Part shown: positions 43,163 to 54,682 of the stretch, in pieces
Position numbering within the stretch: the stretch's first letter is position 1
Layout of the letters: each line of letters begins with the position of its first letter
Source of the DNA: Selaginella moellendorffii
Lineage: Eukaryota > Plantae > Lycopodiophyta
Assembly (NCBI RefSeq): GCF_000143415.4
Contig: NW_003314314.1
Span: 873,771-937,770, forward strand
Length of the DNA: 64,000 nucleotides
Direction: 5' to 3'
Program-made: the position numbers and the translations under genes
The notes under the pieces: generated by a model
Seen by the model: only the letters and a program-made list of their open reading frames with translations
Told to the model about the DNA's origin: nothing
The model's database searches: none

Positions 43163-43451
43163 AAGGAGTTCCCGGGTAGGGCGAGCATGTTCCCGCCCAG
43201 AACAGGAGGGAACGAGCGAGCCCGTGCCCGTGGAACGGCCTTAACAGGCTGTGGCGAGACCGTTAACAGACACGTGGAAGAATGTTATTTGAGGATGAGA
43301 GGGTTCTCCAGTTGGTTCCAGAACCTAGCAGCTGGCAGTTGGGTTCTGGAGAACCTGGCAGTTGTTAGCCACGTTCTCGCAGAGAACTTGACTCGATCTG
43401 ACGGCTGCCAATAGTTGGATCAAGTTAACGGGCGAGCCACAGCCCGTTAAG
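43163..43451. mobile_element. Small MITE-like insertion
   Basis: Absent from other units. Imperfect 29-bp inverted repeats at 43239-43267 and 43424-43452. No clear TSD. Confidence 0.55.
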
Positions 43452-45190
43452 GATAGAGCATTGTAGCTCTGTTACTGCTAATCCATTCTCTGCATATTTC
43501 AGCTTATCTTCTCTTTTAAAACCTGCCTCCTTCAAGCTTGAGATTGCTATCCACTAGCCCCACTTATTGCATTAAGTTGCAATAAAACATTTATTTGAAG
43601 AGCCTTCATCTAAATAATGAGTAACTTAAAACTAAATCTTAGTTACCTCATATATTGGTTTAACGTAACTTGCACATCTAGAATACTTAAACACACAGGC
43701 AAAATAGAAACACTAGCCACTTTATAAATAGATAATCAATTGTTTCATTCCCATGTAACCATTTTGTGAAATAATTAAATACATTATAATCCTCAATATT
43801 ATCATTGCCAACTCAAATTAATACCACAATCATCTAAAATTACTGAATTTTCACCAATTTTAAAATATTTTACTGAAGAAGTAAATATGTGTAATTTAAT
43901 CCTGAAAACCATGCATCATGTGGTGCTCAATGATGTTTACCATAAAGATAAATATGATATATGATAATATGTATAAGGAGAATATAGTTTCCTCCATACC
44001 TTAAACATGTGAGTTTCATTTCTAAATCTTAAACAAAAGGATTAATATAAGTTTGAGAAAGAAAAGAATTTATTAATTTTAATAAGAATACAAAGTCGTT
44101 CAATAAAAAATTATGAGTTAGAGGTAGGCACATTACATTGCTACTAGTAATTTAGTTGATATATAATGTTTAAAATTTTGCAATTATAACACTTTAACAA
44201 CTAACATTTTAGCCATTACATAAAAGTTTAAATAGCAACTCTAACTCCGTTGCATGTAGCAACACTTGGTTTGCTTAATGGTAGTTTTATTATTACTTAT
44301 TAATCTAATTGATCAAATAAAGTTTATAATTATAAGCATGTTTGTAATTTATAAACACAAGATTAATCTTATTGCATATCAACCATTAGATGATAGAATA
44401 AATAAAAATATACTAGAAAGGGTTTAGGAAAGTTTATAAATTATAAACATGTTTATAAATTATAAATGCCAGATTAATCTAAATGAATACCAACCGTTAG
44501 ATGGTAGAATATCCTAGAATATCCAAACATATTCTAGGTATATTCGTATAGGTTTGCTTAAGCAAACCAATTAGCTAGTTTTAGAGAATATGTTGTAAAC
44601 TATAATAAATTATTATATATATTTCAGTTGTAAAGAACAACTCTATTTTTCAACTAAATTTTGTGTGAATATACAAGCTGTCACAAATTACAACACAAAA
44701 TTTGTAACTAAAGCCAATTTGCAAAGTGAAATTTATAACTTAAATTTACAATAAACACAATAAAATCGTTGAAAATATATATAGAGTTGCTACTATTACT
44801 CCCGCTCCTGAAGGAGATGTCAAGTATGAATATGGCTGCACGTCTTTGGTTTCCTCCTGGCTTTCGTCCTTAAGGATGCTATGAGCAGAGCACTATCCTT
44901 GTTGTGGATCAGTTCATGTAATGTCTGTTCGGCCGAAAGGAGTCTTGATAATTCTCCGTGACTTAGACCGGCGTTGTTCTTCAACCGACTTCTTGTTCTT
45001 CGTCTTCCTCGCCCTGTTTCTTATGCAATCCATGGTGGTGATGCGTTGAAACGAAGGACCATCTCTTCAGTCAAAGGTAGCCATGAGAATCCAACTGGGA
45101 ATCATCACGTAGCTGGAGATTTGAATAAAAACACCAAGAAAAACTGGGCTGTGTGCTGCGCTTGGATGCACTGAGATCTGCTGGGCTGGG

Positions 45191-45261
45191 GCAGACAAGG
45201 TGTGACTGGCCGAGACTTGGATCAAGAGGATGGAGTCTTCTAGATCTTTTTGGGTATGTCC
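45191..45261 (-). pseudogene. 3' remnant of the cysteine-rich peptide gene
   Basis: Encodes the DIPKKI* end and shares the 3' flank of copy 4. Confidence 0.7.
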
Positions 45262-45414
45262 CTGCTCTCTATTTAGGTGTGGATCACGCCCTGTGACGTG
45301 ATCAGAGAGCCTTGTGTGAGGCGTCACCTTAAGAGGGGGACGGGATGAGGATGGAGAGGCTTTAGAGAGGGAGACTTCCAGTGTTTCGACCACAACATTT
45401 TCATATCTGATTAA

Positions 45415-45556
45415 GCGAGAGGGAGTGTTGGAGATGTATGACCTCTCATGACATGAGGGGTCTACGTGTCACCACCATGCATAGAGTATATATATAAGCA
45501 AGAGCCATGACAATATATCAAAGCCACATTGTCCACAATACAGCTATGTTTTGGCA
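45415..45556 (+). mobile_element. Copia-type PPT plus LTR remnant
   Basis: GCGAGAGGGAG followed by TGTTGGAG...TTTTGGCA with a TATA stretch. Homologous to the ctcatgacatga blocks in units A-D. At 41771-41788 the same end is followed by PBS-like TGGTATC. Confidence 0.55.
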
Positions 45557-45844
45557 CTCAAGGCTGTCATGCTCCAGATGGCTCCTACAGTGTGATAATA
45601 TAGTATGTCGTTTGGTAATAAATTGTCATAGATATTGCAAGCTTCTGCCACTTGGAAAGTCTTGGAATACCTATGAAAGGAGCTCCGATAAGACCCTTGG
45701 CAACAGTCAAAATCCAACCAATTTGGAGTCCACTGGCTCTAGTAACTTTCTCCTTGGAGCTTCCTGTTTCCAATAGAAGAGAGTAAATCTTTTAATATGA
45801 AGGTCTAAATCCAGATGTTATGAGCAATTTTTCCTAGGAAAAAA

Positions 45845-46249
45845 ATGTATTCAAAATTCTTATCTATTTCTATTTTCTACTGTTTATTTTGTAATTGTTA
45901 TTCAATAGAAATGTTTATTTATAATAGACTAGGTGGTGACATTGATTTATCTTGTGACTCTGAATCTAATGATGTAGTTGGTCCAAATATTATAGCTGAT
46001 AGAAAAAGTTTACATTTTAGTTTTGGAACACGTTGGGATTTTGGTCGAACTCAATTTTGGTGTCGTTTAACTAATATGAATGCGCAAGTATCAAGAAATT
46101 TTAATGTTTATACACAAAATAGTAATGAAGATTATGAAGAAGCCTTAATTATAGAATATTATGTATTTGATTATGGAATTTTTGAAACTCACATACATAA
46201 GAATAAAAAATTCTGGTCTCTACCTCAGAGAAAGCCTTCTCCATTCTAG
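45845..46249 (+). CDS. S-protein homologue (plant self-incompatibility S1/SPH family), secreted
   Basis: Signal peptide followed by IYNRLGGDIDLSC-S-D-G, FSF..WDFGRTQFWC, FNVY and YYVFDYGIF, the typical SPH pattern. Intact 134 aa in AT-rich DNA. Confidence 0.82.
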   Translation: MYSKFLSISIFYCLFCNCYSIEMFIYNRLGGDIDLSCDSESNDVVGPNIIADRKSLHFSFGTRWDFGRTQFWCRLTNMNAQVSRNFNVYTQNSNEDYEEALIIEYYVFDYGIFETHIHKNKKFWSLPQRKPSPF

Positions 46250-49200
46250 CTATTTAAAATAATGGCTTTATGTAATATTTTATTAATATTTATTTTTGTG
46301 AAAAAAATCATATATTATAATTTTAATAGTTGTAAACTTTTTCATTGATGAGTATTCTCTATTTTATATTTTCTTTGTTTTCTTTAGAAAGCTTGTGGGG
46401 GACAGGTGTAATAAATAATTTTAGAAAATCTATATATATTCTAAGATAATTCAATAAAATTTGTTGTGATTTTTACATAAAATTTATACTCTAAATATTT
46501 TTTAATCAGATTTTAATCCTTACTTATAACTAGAAAATGGAACTATTGATTTACTTGCAAAGCTTCATCTTAACTTCATTATATTTTCATCAAACACACC
46601 TCAACTTTATTCCATGCTTCTACATTTCCACCATTATAATCAAACTTGCCCAAAAAGAGTGGATGACACTCTTTACATTTCTGACTTAATATTTATTTAC
46701 TAAAACACTTAGAGAAGCTTTAGGAGTAATAACACACTAATTAAAGTAAAAAAAAAACTATTCACACTTTATAGACTAACACCATTCCCTACAGTAGCAA
46801 GTCATGTTAGTGCCATGGACCCCTCCCTTGACAAAATAATCCTTCTTTGTGTTGTGGTAGGAGGAAGTAAACTTTTAACAATCAATAAGTTCTAGATTGG
46901 ATTAAGTGTCTCTTACAACTCAGTTGAATTTAAGTTTAATCTCACTCTACCCCCTCCCACACCACACTATTTTCATCCTTAGTAGCATAGAGAGCAGAAC
47001 ATATTGTGCTAAACTATCTATGATGTGATCTATCTCTTGAGGGGAAACAAAGGCTACTATATGTGTTTCTATGGATTAATAATCTAGTTTTTTTTAGATT
47101 AATTTATAAGTTTAAAAATAGAAATTGATATCAAAGATATTAAATAGTCTATAAATTATGTATTAAACACCAACATAACTTAATAGTAGGATTAAGATTT
47201 TTTACTTTTAATATTTAATCTAAATTAAAATAATTTTTTTATAAAATATAATATTTCTAAGACTTGGATATTTAAATTTCAAAATACATAAAGCAAACCA
47301 AGTGTTGCTGCTAGCATAATAAAGTTTTTCCATAAATCAAAGTAAAGAATTCTTAATAAGTTAGCTTTCTATTTAAATCAAACATTCTTTTTGTATGTGT
47401 ATATCGTAGATTTATTTATTTTTTAAGAAATTTTTAAAGATTATATACCCTTGAATATTAAAATGTGTCTATATATGGTAAGTACAAGTTTACAAAGATC
47501 TTTCCAACTTTGAGAATTGAATAAACAATGCCTTCTACATCTAAATGTGTTGGTAAGAAATCTTTTGCACTAGTTAGACTTTATGCTCACTTATAAAAGT
47601 CCAATTGTGAAATCTATGGTAGATTAAGTATAGAAACTGGTCTAAGCCCTTGTTTATTCTTATCTTTACAAATGTATTAAGCTATAATTTTTATTAAATA
47701 TATTAATCTAAGTGCATAAAAAAGAACTTTCCTCACACCAATTGGGTTTAGGGAATAGCACAAGCAAGATATTGTGCTGATCTTGATTCATCCCATTAGA
47801 AGTTACTATGGTGATTCCAACCTCCAGTCATAGAAAATCAATATCTAATTCAATAGAGGAAAGGAAGAGAGGAAAATATGTTTTTTATAGCATGGTTGTA
47901 ATTGAATTTTGAATAGAAAACTGCAAAAGGTGCTATAAATTGTAATGAATTTAGACTACTTTTCTTCAAATATAAATTATATATTGGAAATATAGTTTTA
48001 GAATTATAGTTGTTATAGTAGTTATTACATTCAAAAAATAAATAAAAACCATACATGCTATATCCCAATGAAAGGGTAGTGAACATCTATAGTTTTTTAA
48101 AAAAATTTACAAATTAACTATATATAAGAGGGTGATAGGGTTTCTTATGGATGCTAAGTGTGAGAGGATACTCATGGAATTTGGGTTGGTAGTACAATAC
48201 AACCATCATTTGAAGGTGATGCCAAATATCACTCCAGTAAAGTCTTGTGATAGTAGTAACCATCCTCCTAAAGATTTGGTGGCTGTGGGCATACTCGTGG
48301 CTATCTATTGAATGAAGAAAAAGAATGTTGAGGTCAATATTAAGTCTTTCTATCCATTTCTTGCAAGCATGCCACCATCCAAAGTCTTGAGTAGTCACTG
48401 TTAAGAATCATGATTTAAAGATCATGCTAAACCTTAGGTTCAAGCTTAGGCAACATAGGTTAGTACAGATGCACTAGCTAAGATAGCTACCATTATTTTT
48501 ACCATAAGCTTACCTATAAGTCATGATTTCTTTCTAGATTTTAAAGATTTTTCTCTATTCAAGTTCCTCCATTTGTCTTGCTTTGGGTTAGTCCTGACAG
48601 TTTAATTCAATTCCCTTGAGTCATTTGAGGCTCTTGTATGCTCTTGATCTTTTCTTCTTTTTGACCAAGATGCCACCATAGTCAGCTTTAGGTTCTGTGG
48701 CTCAACAGCATGATAGTTGCATCTTTGTGGTTCTGATCTCTAGATCTACAGCACAAGGGCTATAATTTCTTTTTCTTTTCCATTTTGTGGTGCCAAGATT
48801 TTAGTGGCTACATCTTCTGAGTGTGGCATTAGATTGTTTTATTCCTCAACTTGTTGGAAAGTTGTGGATCTCCTCCTTTTTTGACGAGCTCAAGTGCACT
48901 CAATATTCTAGGAGTTATGATTGTTTGTGTTGCAACATGTTGCCTTGGTTTTCTTTTAGTCCAATCTGCAACAAAATAGCTGCAATTTTTCTTCACTAAA
49001 CTTCATTTTTCTTCTTGCATTTTTTTGGCAATTTTTTTGTGTATCTTGTTTGTGATCCTCCTCCTTTCTTAGCTCTATCAGAACTAGCATCAATTCAGGT
49101 GTGGGCACAATTTGAGAAAGGAGGGGGATAAGTAGCTAGGAAGATACTAATAAGGAACAAAGATGAATGGCCAATAAAACCAACCATAAGTGATTCATCA

Positions 49201-50462
49201 TACTAGCAAAGGTTGGTCTAGAATGAATGAAGGGAACTTGAAGGGGTACCTTTGCAAAAAGAAATTCCTAGTTCTTCTTCTCTTTCACTCAAGCATAGGC
49301 AGACAAAACTAAGTCACTATGGCTTAATCCCCTTGTCCTTAAAGAGAGGTAGATATTATCAGGAATTCTACTTTAAACTCAAGCTTAGGCTTAGGTTTAG
49401 ACTCATGCTAAGGTCTATATCAGTCAAGCTTTAGGCAAAGGACTTAACCATCCTGGCTAAAGATAGATACCATTATTTTTACCAATAGTGATGGCTAATC
49501 TAAAATGTAGTGTAGTATATAAGTTAAGACCTTATTTATAATATACTTTTTGCACCAATCATGGCTTTTTTCTAGATCTCAAATCTTTCTGTGTATCTAT
49601 AGGTTCTAGTGAGGAGTCTTGATAATTGCAAATTGACACATCATTCCAAAGTATCCCTCCATATTTAGAATTCTTCCCACAATGTGATTTCCATTGGGAA
49701 TAGCCTTGTATCCAGACCATAGATCTCACAAGAATGGATGTCAAAGTCTTGTTGGAAAAACATTTGATTTATTTACTAGCTTATTTGAGGTTGGCTTAAC
49801 CATAGAGTAGAACCGGAGTGACATTTGAGATACTGTTAATTGACAGTTATCTTAGTAGTAGTTTCCCTTTTATTGGAGTTATATTTCTATTCATGGATTT
49901 TTATTTTTTATATTTAAATCTCATAGATTTTACTCAAGTTGTTATTTTTAATTGTTTATAACAAACTTCACACCCTCGTGAAAGAAGTTAATAATTGCTC
50001 TCTCTCTCACACACACAAAGGACATTGTCAATCTCAAGATATCCCTTAATTAAATAGAATTAGAGGTTTAGACCTTTTTTTATATAAAATGTAAACTTTT
50101 TAGTTAAGACTTTGTGGCACTTCCTTCAATATTGGAATTACATAGATTTTTTAAAACTATTCCTTTTAGTTACTTCAATCTAACATCTACACTAAGTAGG
50201 CCTAAGGCTGTAAAGAGTCTAGGTAATCTTTGTGGATGGACATTGACTTTTAGAGATGAAATTAATTTAGGAATTTAATCTAGTTAATTGGAAGTTTTTA
50301 AATGATATATTTATGTCTGAATTCGCTAGTCTAGAATCCCGGTTGAGACATTTTTTACGAAAACATTTTTTACTTGTATTCCGCACCCGGGGAATTACAG
50401 ATCTGGGCACTCTAAAGAGCATACTTCACAGATCTCAAATGTGGATAACAGTCGAAGGACGT

Positions 50463-50744
50463 CTAGTATTTCCCAAGATCTGGCAGCGGTGACTTGATCT
50501 TAAGCTTGAGAGCGTTCTTGGCCAATAGAGCCTGCTCTTTCTCCACGCCGCTGAGACACCGGCCATAGCTTCGAAGGTAGTAAACACAGCTGCAACCGAC
50601 AGAGCACTCATCATCCCCAAAGCAGTAGTGGACACTTGAGATGTTTTCTTCTCGAGCTGCTGTTTGGATTGAGAAATAAAGGAAGATCACCAGTATCAGA
50701 ACCAACATCCACATCGCACTCTTCCCCTCCTTAAACTTGGCCAT
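50463..50744 (-). CDS. Small secreted cysteine-rich peptide, copy 5 (most divergent)
   Basis: MAKFKEGKSAMWMLVLILVIFLYFSIQTAA-REENISSVHYCFGDDECSVGCSCVYYLRSYGRC. The upstream region 50940-51060 is homologous to 11606-11730. Confidence 0.75.
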   Translation of the reverse strand: MAKFKEGKSAMWMLVLILVIFLYFSIQTAAREENISSVHYCFGDDECSVGCSCVYYLRSYGRCLSGVEKEQALLAKNALKLKIKSPLPDLGKY

Positions 50745-51220
50745 TCCTGCTGAAAACCGCTTCTCCCTTTTCTCCTCGGAGACTCTCGAATTGAGAAGAA
50801 AAACAAACACAAGAAGAAAGCTCTCTCTTACTTGATGCCGCCGCTGTGCCTTCTCCGGCTTTCTATCCCTCAAACTTAACAAGGCATCCAAAGTGGGGTC
50901 CTGGAAAGAAAGGCTCATCTGTTAGAACAGTTTATTCAAAGACGTAATAGTCTTCCAGCACATTGCAAGGCAAAAAAATGTGTCACATACCATCCAACAC
51001 GTCTCTGCAAACCGGGGGCCCGTCACAATCTATACGAGCTCCACGCTGTTCCTAAGGCTTTCGTCTTCTTGCATGAGAAAGAGAGAGAATAAAAAGAGTG
51101 TACCTTGGGAGATGGCTTATTATTTATTTTGCTGGAGAATCGCGAGAGCCCTTCAGTTCCAAGGATAATTCTATCACAACATAGATGGTGTTGTCAGTCC
51201 CACTTAAAACAAAAGGTTTC

Positions 51221-52005
51221 TTATAGACGCTGCTGTTGCCACTGGATCCCACCAGGGTGGCGATGGAGACAAGCCGAGGAAATGCCGCGGTGTCGCTGTG
51301 ACAACTCGAGCTTCGCTTTCAAAGGAGCCCAGAAGTTTTCCAAAAGGATATGAGGCAGTGATCTTCGAGGAGTTGCGTGTAAGTCCCAGGCGAGAGCTCC
51401 AAAACCTGCGTGTGATCCGTAGAGGGTCGTCGTCGAGAGCTGGACAAAGTTTACGTTGCTTTTCTGGCCACCACCACCACTGCTGCTGCTGCGGCATTGG
51501 TTTTTTCTCGCGGGCTCGTCCGGCTGGTTGGATTTAGTCGCGTTGTTTTCCGGAGCGTCGTGTTTGCGGATGTTGGCTGATGGTCGAAGGCGGTCTAGAA
51601 AGCGAAGAACTCGATTCCCTACGCTTTTGCCTGCATCTATGTCGCGCTGCTGGACGGTTCTATGGACTCTGAGAGCTACATCAAAAATCCCTCGAGCACG
51701 CCTGCAAGCAAAAAAGCGTTGGAAAAGAAAGACTTCCAAAAACTAATAACGAAAACGAAATGCTCACGCAAGAATCAAGCAAAGGAATGCTTGCACTCAA
51801 ATTTACAGAGGAAAAATAAGAGGCCAAATCTAATTTCAATCACATAAGCCAACTATTCAACTAGATTGCATCCATACCTGAAGACGAAGGCGCGGATCCT
51901 TGGATGCTTGGACAGGAGGCGGCGCTGCAGGCGCAGGACAAGGCGATAGGTCCTCTTGAGCCCTAAGCAATAGGCTGTCGCCAATGTGATCTCCCACAGC
52001 ACCAT
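51221..52005 (-). CDS. Conserved plant protein of unknown function (two exons)
   Basis: MVLWEITLATAYCLGLKRTYRL...RRARGIFDVALRVHRTVQQRDIDAG..GNRVLRFLDRLRPSANIR, recalled as a conserved uncharacterised plant family. Intron ~51703-51878. Confidence 0.8.
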
Positions 52006-52642
52006 TAGGACATCAAATAGAAGTGAAATGCCCTAAGTTCTTGAGGATATTCTAGGTATATCATAGGTCAAACCCTTAACTATTCTTAAATTAATTTAGA
52101 TTATGTTTTTCAAAATTACTAACTGAGATTAAGATAGCTGGATAATATTTTATTACCAAACTCTGTACTTATAAGAAATTGGAAAAATATCACTTAGCTC
52201 AATTTTTATTCATTGAAGTAATATTTTTTTCTTAATTTGTTTTTACTTTTTAGTAAAGGGATAAAACAGAGTTTATGGACCATTTGGTTTAGGGTTCTTT
52301 TTTCATTATTTATCTGTTATATTTGAAAATCGGGACACAATACGTGTTAGATATTTTAAATTATTCCTGCTCGGCATTCCTTCATAGAGAACGAGACTGT
52401 AGCAGAACCTGGAAAGCCAGCCCGTGATGAGTCACCAGGAGGAAAAAGAAAATTAAAAAAACAAAGTATTTTGCCCTTGAACCTACCTTCAAACGTTGCA
52501 GAGTTCTCTCAAGTGACCGAATATCCAAATACCCAAACCAAGTGCAAATATATTTATAACACAAAACTTAATCTAAAACAGTAAAAGCCGTTCTAGAACA
52601 TACTAGCATTTGTCTTGGAATCATCTTTCACGAAGACGACGC

Positions 52643-53035
52643 TCAAGGAGCAGCAACATCAATCACCGAGATATCGTGGGGGGCGAGCTTGGCGACTTCC
52701 ACAACACCAGCGGCAACTTTCCTGTCCTGCTCCTCCTGTTCTTCGTCAACATAGTTGGGATCCTTCTCGTCAATCGCCACGGGTACTGATTCCTTGTCAT
52801 ACTGCGTGGGATCCTTGTTCCCTTCCCAAGTGAACTCGCCCCCCTTGCCGCCCTTCTTGGGCTGCGCCCTGACCCCCACCGGTCCCCCGTGCCTGTTCAA
52901 GCGCTCCACACCCTTCTTGGCGTTCTTACGGTCGGCGTATTCAGTGCCATGGTGGGGAGCATTGGGCTGGTGATCCTCACCTTTCAGATCCTCCACAATG
53001 GGGCTCTGATCAACCACATCTCTTGCCTGATCCAT
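52643..53035 (-). CDS. Small hydrophilic protein with PKKGGxGGxFTWEG...DEKDPNY motif
   Basis: Intact ORF with GC3-rich codons and a TATA-like box upstream (~53095-53101). The motif resembles the PDCD4/MA3-protein N-terminus. Confidence 0.78.
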   Translation of the reverse strand: MDQARDVVDQSPIVEDLKGEDHQPNAPHHGTEYADRKNAKKGVERLNRHGGPVGVRAQPKKGGKGGEFTWEGNKDPTQYDKESVPVAIDEKDPNYVDEEQEEQDRKVAAGVVEVAKLAPHDISVIDVAAP

Positions 53036-54402
53036 CTCCCTCACCAGCACAAAACAAGCAAGGGTATGAGATATTGCAATGCAATGGCGAAACTCTTATA
53101 ACGTTTTCGCCTGGTCTGACTTTTAGTTAGTTGGTTGAATGGCAGACATCTGGATGGAGCGCTCCTGCGGCCACGTAGCCTACATGTGGCGACAACAGGT
53201 TTCTAGTTTATGTAGATGTTAGCAAATCAGATACGCTAAGGTCCTCAATTCAAACCTCAAACCTGGGTTCAGAGCTTAAGATTAAGATATTGTCTAACAA
53301 ATTGATATTATTGATACGCCACAGTACAGATTCTCCGCAGTGCAATGCATTGATAAATTACTGATGTAATAGTAATGTTAGAAAGGTTATAAATGTCTTT
53401 AAAATCTTAGCTGAATGCATGCCACCCTTTTCCTTTTTTTCGGATGGACTATCGTTGTCACAGAAGTGGCCATTGAAGATTGTGGAGGAAAACTTTGATC
53501 TAAAGAAGCAATAGTTTCGTCTTAGTCAATTTTGCTTCATTTCTCAATTTTCTTGTTCCTAGGCATTTCTTACTTGTGTTACAAGAAATACCTCACAAGT
53601 TCTACACAAGCTGCTTCTACACTTGTAACTGCGTGACAACATGCTACTCAATATGGATGACGAGGCAAGGAAGAATTTTTCCTCATGTCATCATCTAGAT
53701 TGAGTGGCATCTTGTTGAGTAACATGTCTTCCATATGAGTCACTACTGCACACCACAATCCATAGCACGGTGGTGTGAATCTTGGTTAAAGGTCAAGAGC
53801 CAAGCCTCAAGTGGCGTAAATACAAATAATTGCTTTTCCAGCACTTTTAGCTTAGCAAAAACAATGTTTCTAATCAGGGTTCCGAAGTATATTATCTTTT
53901 GTCCTTGGTGACATGCTCCATCGCAAAGACGTGTGAAATTAGGCGTTGCGCAAAATATAACGCCTATAATTGTAAGGCACTGCTACAGACCTGGGTTCTA
54001 GGTAGTTTCTTTTGAAACAAAGGTGAAGATTATAACTAAATCTTATTTATGGTCTATTCTCTCTACATTGCTTGGACAGGCCAATTGGGCCTCCTTTTGT
54101 TGGTATTGAGTTTTTTCATGCAGCTGTTTAGACTCCTAATTGCCTCTCCATCAAACTTTGCCTTAGAACAAACTGTAGCGTTTGCTGGTCACCAACGTGG
54201 ATTTTGCATCTATAAAAGAAGAAAAAGCTGCTGGTGCCAAATGAACTTTACAATTTATAGGAGATTGAAAGTCGAAGAGGGTAAACCTACACAAATGCAT
54301 AAAGAAACTGCAAAATACCAAAAATACATACAATTTTTATAAAAAGTAAAAGAGCTAGAGCATATTGTAAAGATAAACTACTTCCTTTTTATCATGTTCT
54401 TG

Positions 54403-54476
54403 GTCTGGATGGTGTAGTTGGTCATCACGCTAGTCTCACACACTAGAGGTCCCCAGTTCAAACCTGGGTTCAGACA
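54403..54476 (+). tRNA. tRNA-Val (CAC)
   Basis: Acceptor stem GTCTGGA/TTCAGAC, anticodon arm CTAGT-CTCACAC-ACTAG, T-loop GTTCAAAC, and a downstream oligo-T terminator. Confidence 0.93.
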
Positions 54477-54682
54477 ATTTTATTTTTATATTTCTTTTTT
54501 AATTTTTTATTGTTCCAGTTTTTGAGTAACAAGTTTTGTTAGCTCGGATTGGAAAACGATGCCGAGCGGCGATGTGGTCCTCGATGCCAACTTTACTCCA
54601 GCGATGATCGTGATTTCGAGAGTGTGCTTAGCTTTTTCGGTAAGTGCCAAAAAAAGTGTTTATTGACCTCTGAATTCCCTCT

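Larger units (their letters stand above)
12580..43590. repeat. Tandem segmental duplication array. BAHD-PPR-peptide units: A ~12580-16860, B ~18810-27610, C ~27620-30430, D ~40220-43590. CDKG-Roco block: ~30600-33120 and ~37550-40200
   Basis: Near-identical sequence and translated ORFs recur at these positions. Confidence 0.92.

Noticed and set aside
48420-49484. Degenerate direct repeats (~48420-48504 and ~49403-49484) suggesting old LTRs
   Set aside because: No TG..CA ends, TSD, PBS or coding motifs could be established.
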